Positions 24,376-34,937 of a DNA stretch of 64,000 nt are shown one piece after another. Positions within the stretch are counted from its first letter, which is position 1. Each line of letters starts with the position of its first letter. The notes under the pieces are model-generated. The model was not told the origin of the DNA. It saw only the letters and a list, made by a program, of their open reading frames with translations, and searched no databases. Where the stretch lies: positions 7,874,001-7,938,000 of the forward strand of contig OZ287756.1 in the NCBI GenBank assembly GCA_965649765.1. Direction: 5' to 3'. The position numbers and the translations under genes are program-made. Source of the stretch: Bispira polyomma. Taxonomy: Eukaryota.

Positions 24376-25373
24376 ATGCCTCGCGGTAGACCTGTGAAAG
24401 TGTATGACTGTCATGTGTGTGGCATTACACATGAGAGAACAGTTGGGAGAAATTGTAAACATGTACTGGATCAGGTGGCTGTTGGGAGCTTGAATGACGG
24501 TGTTGCCAGTGAGATGGGCTGGGCTGGTTCTGTGTAGCAAAATAATGTATCGCAGCAAATATTGCTACAACTGCAGACTATGCCGCAGAAATTGGAGAGT
24601 ATGGATCAGCGAGTTCAAATCACAGAGGCGGCACTGTGTTCACCCAGTGCCCAACAGTCACGTAAGCATGATTCTGATTCTAATGTTAATAATGAAACTC
24701 CTGCTACCACTACTGATTCTGTCTTGCCCTCCTTGAATTTTCTCAGATCTAACAATGAGCTACAACAGCAAGTAGACCAGCGTTTATTGCAATTACAGAA
24801 ATTAAACGAAATTACCAGTGGGGCAGGTAAATTAAAATCTCAGAGGGGGGGGGGAGGGAGTACTAAAAATGTTAGGCCTTCCTTTGATGACTTGTTGTTA
24901 GTCTAGTTTACTGCTGGTTTTATAAGGTGAATTCAAGAGCAGAAAGCTCCTGAAACGTGTGATGCTATGTTAGATTATCTAGCAAATTTGATAGATGACA
25001 TGCATGACTTCTCTTGGGAAGCAGCAAAAGCATGTCATGCCATAATACTCACAAATATGGAGTTAGATAGATTAACCTGGACCGATTTTGAAAAGATAGA
25101 CTGTATTAGGAGAGCTCATGCTCAGCGCCATATTGTGCCATCTGCAAAGGCCAACCAAAATTCAAAAAATAGTAGCAATGTGCAAAAAGTAAACACATGG
25201 GTGTTGTATGTAGGTTCTATCAAAAGGGTACATGCAAGTTTATTGCAAGTCATAGAACTGCTTGTAAGTTTTTCAAACACACTTATGAAAATTGTGAGGG
25301 TGCCCATCAGACCAAATTGTGTTCAAAGAAAACAGCTTCAAAAAACGTGGGTCTTACTGCTGAAGGGCAGTGA
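24376..25373 (+). pseudogene. gag-like ORF of E2
   Basis: MPRGRPVKVYDCHVCGITHERTVGRNC, LPSLNFLR, MLDYLANLIDDMHDFSWEAAKACHA...RRAHAQRH and HTYENCEGAHQTKLC...SKN, with internal stops. Confidence 0.85.
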
Positions 25374-27370
25374 ACAAAAGTAAAGAAAAGTTTAATAGAC
25401 GTGTTGTATATAGTTCAAGTTGTAAGGATCATCATTTATTAAATGGTGAAAGTGCACATAAATATATATGTTATAACAAATATGTAAATCCAAGCTGGTC
25501 TCACAAAGACGTGGTAAAGCAGGGTAAAACCTGTATGAAACAAAGTAAAAAAACCCCAAATGAGGGTCTTACTGGGAGTCAAGGACGCGGGGCAAGTAAA
25601 CTGAATCATTCTAGCAATATCAGTCGTGGAAACATTCACAAAATTGGTAACAAAGTAAACAAAGGTCATTTAATCCCACTTTACTCACAATGAGGGACAA
25701 GTTGGCTGCCAACACAAAGGTGAGATATGACATGTCAAGTTATTGTTTCAAAAGGGGTGAAATGTGTCACTAAGTGTAAACAATGTGTTGTCCCCAAAGT
25801 GGTCAATCAAGATAAATATGCTCTAGGTATAAATCAACCCTTCAACAAAAGAATGTGGTTGTACAATGCTAAACAATGTACTACCATAAATTATGGGACA
25901 TTCAAACAGTTTGAAAGGAGGTTATATTCCACTCACCGACTTAGGTGAATTAGTTGTTGACAATTCAGTTCATTGAGGAGACATGAATATATTCCAACTA
26001 CATAGATTTATTAGACAAGACGGTCGACCCAATTACCGTGGACTACAAATAGGTGTGGGAAACGTATTTAAAAAACTATTGGGATTGGGAACTCCCGTTT
26101 TTAATAAAATTCGGATTTCCCCTGGATTACAATAGAGAGCTAAGGCTGACTCAGACCCAATCAATCATACTTCTGCTAAACAGTATCCAACTCATGTAGA
26201 TCACTATCTTAGATGTGCATTTTTGGCTCCTTTGAAAAACCACCTATACCAAATCTCCACACTTCACCGTTTATGACCAGAGATAAATCTTCTTCTACCA
26301 ATCGTCGAGTCATCATTGACCTTAGTGGGCCTCTGCGTAAGTCAATCAATGCTGGGGTTTCTTCTAATTCTTATCTTGACAATGATTTTATATTGACATA
26401 TCCTTCTATAGACAATATTCACTGATATTCAAGGCTGATGTCAGCCGGGCTTTTCGCCAAGTGGCCATTGACCCTGTTGACCTTGATTTCCTGGGTCTGT
26501 TTTGGAAAGGGTATTATGTAGATGGGTCTTTAGTTTCAAGCATGGCTCGGCAATATTTCAGTCAGAGACTCTCAGATAGAATTCATTATGTCATGCATGC
26601 TGAAGGTCACACAGTAATTTATTATATAGATGACAGTTTATGCTGCTCTTTTTATAGTAAAATTTATGCAACATACAATTGTTTACAGTACAAAGTACTA
26701 TAATAGAAAAGAGAACTGAAATGTCTTCTTGGATCACTGTTGTATATTTCAAAGTGTGTGAAAAAATGCAAGGTTCTTCCTTAACAGAATGTTACAGCTA
26801 CTTAGAAGCAACAATCATTGCAAAAACTTAACACCTGCTTTCCAAACGACCTTAATTGGTTCAGAGTATTTTTAGATAAATTTAACGGTGTATTTTTCTT
26901 TTACCATGAACCTATTACACTGTTAGTGGAATTAGATGCATGTCTAACTAGCATGGGTGGGGTATATGTTAACCAGGTATATACCTTATGTATACCTACA
27001 AACGTACAAAATCAAAACATTGCTTCATTGGAGATGCTGAACATCCTAGTTGCTTTTAAACTGTGGGGTTCCTTGTGGCATGCTCAGAAGGTTGTTATTA
27101 AATGTGATAATCAAGCTGTCAGTGTCGTACCACGTGTCGTACCAGAGACGAGACTTTGGCATTATATGCTCGAAACATACATATGTTGGCCAGTGAATTT
27201 GATATAGAACTTAAAGTTATACACATTTTAGGTGAGAAGAACAGATCTGCAGACCTGCTTTCACGCTGGTTAGAAAATGGGCATTGTCATGCTAAATTAC
27301 AAGGAATTCTTAGTTATGTCCAGTAGTGTCATGTCAGTCATGACTAATTAGTGGTAAACCATGAAATATA
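25346..27370 (+). pseudogene. pol of E2 (RT + RNase H), degraded
   Basis: FGFPLDY, HTSPFMTR, RVIIDLS, YPSID, DVSRAFRQ and YIDD (RT); ELDAC, EMLNI, KCDN and ADLLSRW (RNase H). Confidence 0.92.
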
Positions 27371-27503
27371 GATACAATTTGCTTCCTGTAGCATTCTGCA
27401 TTGCAGGTAGCAACCCAGTTCAGAGGTTATTGTACAGCAACGCTTCCAAGAAATTGCATTCAGCCTTCTACAGATCTACTGAGAGAGCCTACACAGCCAT
27501 GCA
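27361..27503 (+). pseudogene. 5' part of the E2 tyrosine recombinase (upstream of the E3 insertion)
   Basis: ...GSNPVQRLLYSNASKKLHSAFYRSTERAYTAM, homologous to E3 GNSLSRRLLQDTNAGIATGFRPRTFQAY. Confidence 0.8.
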
Positions 27504-27911
27504 TCATCAGCCTCCCTCCCGGTAAGGACTGACTGGTTGTTATGACCCAGTTACCGCTAGCCATAGGGGGAATACAAGCAAACAAGTTTGGTACATTTTG
27601 GGTTTGTTTATTTACATACACACAAATCAAATGTTAAACACTACTAACCTTAGTACTTAAGGTAACCTTAACATATGTACTCGTTGAGGTGACATTAATC
27701 CTTAACTTTTGGTGACCTTAAGCTCAGCATTACCTTGCACTTTAAGTTTTTAAGGTTGCCTTAACTCCCTGCATGTTCTAGGTTAAGGTGACCTCAACCC
27801 TGGAGGCCCTCTACACTACTTTTGTTATACTAATTCCACTCTAATTACGCTACTGTATATTTGTATATAATGTATAATATCTCTTGCCAAACCCATAGTA
27901 TGACTTGTAGA

Positions 27912-28877
27912 TTATGTTGTAGCTAAGTGTGTGCGGAAGGCCGTTGCGACCAGTCCAGCTGTTTTGGGGGTCTTTACCAAATAACGCCAAATGGCGTCCG
28001 ACCTCCAACCACCATGAACCTTAATGTGCTGTAAGTCAACCTGGTGGTCAAAGGCCCAGGAGGCGGCGGACCGCCTGAGTGAATGAAACCCATATTCTGA
28101 AGGTGTAAGTTGAACCTGGGAAATGAGGTGCGAGAAGACTTTTCTCACTTGGAAAGCTGTTACTACTACATTTTTCCCCATGTGGGAGTATTGGAAGAGG
28201 GGGGTTTTGTTACACAGGGGTTGTGGGGGGGATAGATCCCTTAACAGGACACAATGGTGAACCGGGAAGCCTAGGTACTTGGACTATTTGAGCTTGTCCA
28301 GAGACCTGCATATTCTTGGCGCATTTTGTAATTATATGTGCCCCTGAGGCCCCAAATGAGATCCCTGGGTGTAGGGAGCCTTGAAGGGTGGAAATTGGCC
28401 ACCTTTGAAGGCACTAGGGTAGCTAACCTGTAAAACCCGAAAAACCCAAGTAAAATAATGGCTTTGTAAACCTTGTAACCAGGGAATTGTGTTACCAGGA
28501 CAATAATACGTGTAAGTTTTTGTATGGAGAGAACGCCTTTGATTCTGTACTTGAGTGGGGCATTATGAGCCACCGCCTTAATCATGAGGTAAATTTTCCT
28601 GTGGTGTAGTATGTGCATAGGGAATTCATACATTTGGAAAAATGTTTAAGGACAGCTAAGTATCCTTGCAAAGTCTGTGAGCGCATTCCTTGCTGCGCTA
28701 AGAATTCAATAAATAGCAAGACTGCTTGTAGGTCGTGTGAGACCTGTATGTTAAGGTGAGACAAAAAGGCTATATAAAGCCTAAACTTAGACTGATAGGC
28801 CTGAAAAGTTCTGGGCCTAAAACCTGTTGCAATTCCGGCATTAGTGTCCTGCAGCAATCGTCTGGAGAGACTGTTAC
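27912..28877 (-). pseudogene. Tyrosine recombinase of E3 (frameshifted)
   Basis: FRPRT..Y..KF, GFFGFYRLATL (R), FHSLRRS (HxxR), HGGWRS and IWRY (Y). Confidence 0.95.
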
Positions 28878-28894
28878 CTACAATAATTAAATAC

Positions 28895-31455
28895 TATAAT
28901 TAGGTATTAGCCACTGTATGCCAATATTATGCCATTTACAACTTTTTAGGTAGTGAACTTCAGCCTTACATGTGCTGTGGAAGTGTCCACCGGGACAAAA
29001 TATCTGCATAAGTATTATCTGTTCCACGTACGTGTTCAGCTGATATGTCTATGTTATATTGTGCTTGTAATAACCATAAGGTTCTGGCACAGGCATTGAG
29101 GAAAACATCCCTACCCTTAGATTTATTACATGAACATGAAGTACATGAACCACGGCCCTGTTATCACAATGCAAACACACACTTTTATTACTGCATTATT
29201 TTCCCCAAAGTCTGAAGGCTATCAAAATATTACACATCCCGAAGTGGACAATACCCAAAGTACTTTGATACTCCCGGGGGATATTAACACTATACACTTG
29301 GCCATTATAATAGGCCCCCAAACTCTGAAGTGAAGCGTCTAAAAATACTTGCTCCCTAGGGGAGTCTTTCTTATGAATGGCTGTGACCCCATTATATTTG
29401 TTTAGAAAGGCACAAAACCAATTAACATCTTGGTGAAAGGACTCATTTAAAGGAACTTTTGTGTGGGGGGAGTCCCCCTCAACACGCCCAATATTCTATT
29501 AATGAAAAGCCTAGCTGGTTTCATGCAGCGATTTATGTAAATCAATTTACCTAGCAATTGTTGTAACTCTCTACTTGTGGTCCTTGTTTTCTGTCTCCAT
29601 TCAGTACATAATTGTGTGACTTCCTTTAGTTTCTGGTCAGGTATTGTTAGAAGACCTGTAGCAGCATTTATATTTATACCTAGACATGTTACACTTTGTG
29701 CCGGGGGGTCGACCTTGTCATAATTTATAGGAAGCCCCAAGCCCTCAATTAGGTTTTTCAGAGAATTAAATCCGGGAGTAGCCTTTCCTGGAGGCGCAAC
29801 GTCAATAAAATCGTCCAAATACGCGCACGTCTAATGGTTCTGTTTTCGCATAAGGAAAGTGACGCAATCTAAGGTCATTTGACATGTGTTGGCACCAGAA
29901 GCCAGGCCAAAAGGGACGCTGACGTCAACGTAATAGTTGCCCTCCCAATTTATTCCCAACGCAGCATAGTCGAAAGGGTCACCCCTTAAGTTTCTATACG
30001 CCCATTTTAAGTCTACTTTATGTATTAAGGCTTGAGGGCCTATCAAGGCTATTCTATCTACAATGTCGTCAATAGTAGGATATGTCAATTTAAAGGGGAC
30101 ATTATCAAATACGTCTTTGGGTATACAATTATTTACACTATTACCTTTAGGCTATGAGAGGTCCACAATGATCCTCCTACTTACGTCTGGCTTAGGATGG
30201 GACATGAGGGGAGACACATGTAGCTTGGAAAAGGGGCTTTCCACTAAAGGACCTATCATTGCTTTTAACTGTATTTCAGTATTAAGGTACTTAGATACAT
30301 GCTGGGGATACATAGACGCAGACGCATGATTTTTCACCGTTTGGCTGTACTGAAACTGTTCATAGTCTAATGAAAGGGGAAATCCAAACTCCAAATATTC
30401 GCACATAACTTCAAAGTCATATCCTTTCAAGTAGGATCGCCATGCAGTGATATTTAATTGGGAGGGGACGGCTATTCTGGCTCCCCTATAGTTAGGACAT
30501 TGTTCTGCTTGAGTGTGGGTGTAAGCTTGCTTTACCCATTCTGTCATGTCAGTACTATTCAACTCTGAAGCCTTTATATTAGTAGTGTAATTAGCAGGGC
30601 AACTGGGCACAAAGCCCCTTAACCATTCTCCTAATTGGACTTCATTGTTAAATGTGACACCCCTACTTCCCACAGGGTACTTAAGCAAACTGGGGGGTTC
30701 CCCTCCCTAACTAATTGGCTAACATTGATGCCAAACTGGCCTTGAAGTATAGCTGAGCTAACATTGAGGGAGGATTGGCATGACTCGTCACTTATACTGC
30801 TGGAGCTTTCTGCCGACATATTATATGTACAATACTGGCTCTCACTACCAATGAAACTTTCTGTGTATACAACGCTCGCACTTATGTCTACAGAGTCCCG
30901 GCTCTGGTAGACAACCCCGTCGGTTTCTATTGTCCCACCTAGACTGTGTGGTGAACTATTGTCCATCCCACTGCTACACGTACTGTAAGTACTTGATGAA
31001 AAACTACCACTAGTGACGCCTATGTCACAACTAATACTATTTATGTTTATATTGTTATACACATTACAAACGTCAATATCAACATCTAACAAATTACCAT
31101 GTGTACTACATAGCCTGGAATCTCTGATACTACTGTCTATGTTTCCACTAAAAACAAACCCTTCAATACTACCATTACTAAAATTTTGTACATTTAAGTC
31201 CATGCTTTCTTTGGAAACTATTTTTATTCTGTCCTTACTATTCCTATCCCGTGGGTTCTCAGTATTTACCCGTGGTTCAATTCCTTCCATTAATGGGTGA
31301 CCCTGTGTTGATTCGTGTAGGTGACACTGACCTAAGTGCTGACTTTTCCAAAAACAACTAGAGGACACATGTTTTGTACCAAAATAATCATAACCTACTC
31401 CGGTTTGATAGCCCACAGGGGTCACCCAACAATCAAATGGAAGAACTTGACTCAC
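28895..31455 (-). pseudogene. pol of E3: Ser-rich N-terminal extension, RT and RNase H
   Basis: YLEFGFPL, HVSPLM, RIIVDLS, YPTIDD, DLKWAYR, VPFGLASG, YLDDF, TCLGI, LLGKL, HCDN and ADILSRW. Confidence 0.95.
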
Positions 31456-31459
31456 CGTG

Positions 31460-32364
31460 TCAAACTTTCTGATCTGCCTTGTCCTCAGTCATTGCTTGTT
31501 TACCTGACTCCTTCTGTTTCCTATTGCACTTAATTTCTGCATGCTCATAATTCTTGTGTACTACACGATAACAGTATCCGCAAGAAAATGCTGCTGCAGA
31601 CGTCCACCCTCATAATGGTCGTGCTGAAATTTACAGTTCTCTTTTGCAAATTTGCCACACACGTTAACCTTATCCGAGTTGTCCCTGTTACTGTGATAGT
31701 CCTTGTTGCTGTGATTGCCCTTACTCCCTGAGTAACCATGATTACCAACCTTGAGGGTTTGCTGGGTAAATCTCTGTTGAATCCTGTCTGTTTCCCCCGG
31801 GTCCTTCCAGGACACCATACCTCTCTCCATCTCCAACAGAATGGAGGCATGGGCGCGTTTTGCAGTGGCCCATGACAGGTCCACTGCGTCCTGCATCAAG
31901 TTGTACTGATATTTAAGCATGTTTTGCCTTACCGTTTCATCAGTCTCCATTAGCACACAACGAGAAAACCCCTGGACCCACTGGTATATGGACAGCTCCT
32001 CATAAGTGGGCATCTTTAACGCATCAGAGAGCATACAATGCTCGTGTGGCCACGTTACAGGAACCTTAACACGCTGGTCGCCCAGCCTATAACGTCCCGA
32101 CTTAAATTTAGGATCATAACTGGGATGTCGTCTCTTGACATGTCCTGGTAATTGCGTAGTCTCCTGTTCACCTCATCCTGTATGGCTGAGTCTGTCCGGA
32201 GAATGTCCATGGATGGCAGCCTGCCCTTGATCAGACGTGGATGGCAGCCCCAGTGTAGGAACCGGCTCGTCCTCAGAGGAGGATGACAGCACCCTTTCCA
32301 TAGCATTCTTCTTTCTGCACAACTCACTACTTCAAGTGTTATAACTTTTAGTTTTAGCAGGCAT
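31460..32364 (-). pseudogene. gag-like ORF of E3 (N-terminal zinc motif apparently deleted)
   Basis: MPAKTKSYN..., LPSMDILR, KSGRYR..WPHEHC, PTYEELSIYQWVQGF, LMQDAVDLSWATAKRAHA and CGKF...C...DH. Confidence 0.85.
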
Positions 32365-32638
32365 ATCCAACAATTCTGTTCACAACCAAAAACTTAAAAC
32401 ACCAGGTCATAAACCACACTAAAATATATATAAAGTATAATTTGGTAGTTAAAATTTAAAATCCCAAGTAACTTTTCATGTGTCCACTGCAAAAGTTTTT
32501 GAAGAATGAGGCTTATGCCCCAAATTGTTTACCAATTACAAATTTTTGGCGGGAAAGCCAGATGACACTAAATACTTGGTTAATGATTGTTATGTGACAC
32601 AGGGAGAGAGACTGAAAGCTGACGCTGCCATTTTCATA

Positions 32639-33586
32639 ATGCACGCGTTCAATTCAGTGTACGTGGCATACACTGCATTCTTGGATAGACCATTTGATCA
32701 GGTGACAGTATTTGACTTACTCTGCGTTCTAGAACTACTTCATTTTAACCTAGTCAAACCTGCTCAAATGGCCAACTACTTGTCAGCCATTAAAGCTAAA
32801 TCCATTGTTTTTAACATCCAAGCTCAGGCTTTCAGTGATCCGAAAATTGCTTATTATCAGAAGGCTGTGCAATTGATTGAACCGTTGGATGTAAAATTAA
32901 AGAAAATAATTGATATCCAAACTCTTTCACAAATTGTGTCCGTCTGTGATACCACTTACATGGTATTAGTGTTCAAAGCTGTTCATGTTCTCAGTTTCTT
33001 TTCCTTCCTACATCTATCAAACCTTGTCCCTTATTCTGTTAATCAGTATTATGCTTTAAAACATCAAGCAGGAGCAGACGTTATGTTCCATTCTGATAGA
33101 GCTGTGATATTGGTGAAATGATCCAAGACCTTGCAAACCAACCAGCAAATTAAACTGATTACAGTACTCAGGATAAAAGGATCAATTTTGTGCCCAGTCA
33201 AGGCACTTCAGGTCTTAATGGCCAATACTCCTCCTGGCCCTAACTCGGCCTTGTTCCAGTTTAAGGCAAACCATGTTTGGTTACCTCTTACTAATACAAA
33301 ACTACGATGTCATTTTAAAAATATACTTCATAGACTGCAGCTACACGACTCGGGACTTACTTTCCACGCTTTTCGTCATTCAGGTGCCACCTTTGCATTT
33401 AATCACAATGTCAACATTCAGAACATTCAAAACCATGGCATCTGGACTTCGGACTGCGTGTGGAGGTATGTCACAGATACAGTCGACGCTGGCCAACAAG
33501 TGGCTGATATGTTCAGGCAACATCTTTCCCCTTTGCTAACTAGACCACTACTCTTTGGGGTTTGGGTGATTACAGTTAAGTCATAG
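32639..33586 (+). pseudogene. 3' part of the E2 tyrosine recombinase
   Basis: ANYLSAIK, FFSFLHLSNL (catalytic R changed to H), K*SKT (stop at 33119), LCPVKAL, FHAFRHSG and HGIWTSDCVWRY. Confidence 0.95.
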
Positions 33587-34937
33587 CCTTATATCTATCA
33601 TTGTCTCACATTTACTATATAAGTTAACCCATTGTTGTTAAACTTACTGTTACATGCTTACCTGGATAAATGCCTAACCATTCTAGTTAAATCTAGTGAA
33701 TTACTTCAAGTCATTAAGTGTAAATGACTACTTAGTTGATTATCCTAATTAAAACTTAAAATGTAACTTAACTATATGGTTAACTGTTCTAGTGAAATTT
33801 AGTCAAATTTTGAAGTTATTACAGTAAATGGCTACATAGTTAAATTCCTTTGTTATAACTTAACTTCAAATTTTAACTTAAGGTCACCTTACTTATAGTT
33901 GCAAGCCAATGGCTTCAGTATGGACAAGAACTTTAATTTAAAGTTAAGGTGACCTTAACAAATTCCAGTTAAAACTTTTATTATTATTGTTATAAGTAAC
34001 TTTAAGTTACTTTAGTTATGGTGACTTTAAGTCACCATAAATATGTGAATATCTGTAGACTAACAACTTAGATCAATAATAAATGTTTTAAACCGCATCT
34101 TGACTACATACTCACCTTTGTGTTTTGACTTGACCTTATCTTATTTGAGACACAGGGAACTGACGACAATATGTTTCGTGTTGTTATGTCAGCCAGCTTA
34201 AACCATAGAACATTAAAAAAACAGGTTTTTAGTGAGCGGCATTCCAATAGCTTTCCTAAATTGCTTTCACACAAAATCTTCTTCAGTGTAAATAGTGTCT
34301 CTTTTAAACTTTTTTGATCAGCAAAAGAATACATTCATTCCAGGCTTGTTTAAATGTCCTGTACCGCGGGTAAGGTTCAATAAATTCACCCAGATTTGTT
34401 TGTCTGTCACTAGGACTACCGAAAAAAATAATTCATGCACTAAGGAAGATTCCATTAAACTTTAGAATAAACCCAAGTAGAATTGCACATACAGGATTTT
34501 TTCCAATTAATAAAACTATGGTATCTTATTGAAATTATGAGGTCTACTCCCTTTGTAATCCATGACACAAGTAATTTTTTTCAATAAAATCACAAGCACA
34601 ATGTGTGGCTGTTTTCTAAACATAAAATCATATGTGAAAAGGTTAAGGTATACTTTGGGGTGATTCACTGGGTTTACTGTCAAATAGCATATATGTCTAA
34701 TGGATAATCCACTTGCTTATGAACAAAGAAGACCTGGGCTCAATCCTAGACCAGGATAAATCAGGTAGAGGCAGATATGTACTGGCTGGGATGAACTATA
34801 ACTGATGGAAGATTAAAGAACCTTTGGGATGTTCGTAAATGGTCATCATCTGTCTTTAGTTAGGGGAATGCCAGTTGTTGGTTTACTGCACTTTGGTAAC
34901 CAAGAAAAGTATTTCATGAACACTTAAAATACCAGAC

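Larger units (their letters stand above)
27504..32638 (-). mobile_element. YR retrotransposon E3 nested in antisense within the E2 YR gene
   Basis: Complete gag/RT/RNase H/YR order on the - strand. ATGCA flanks it on both sides (27499-27503, 32639-32643). Confidence 0.92.
24154..34171 (+). mobile_element. YR retrotransposon E2 (DIRS/Ngaro-like), interrupted by E3
   Basis: gag, RT/RNase H and YR on the + strand. The flanks rejoin into a repeat seen uninterrupted at ~42890-42990 and ~47240-47400. TGTTT is present at both junctions (24149-24153, 34172-34176). Confidence 0.9.

Noticed and set aside
28900-29130. DIRS-type methyltransferase domain after RNase H
   Set aside because: pol ends shortly after ADILSRW/ADLLSRW in E3 and E2, with no room or motif for it.
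32525-32638. N-terminal 38 aa of the 198-aa ORF as a true YR start
   Set aside because: It is read-through from the antisense 5' end of E3. The real YR N-terminus is at 27361-27503.
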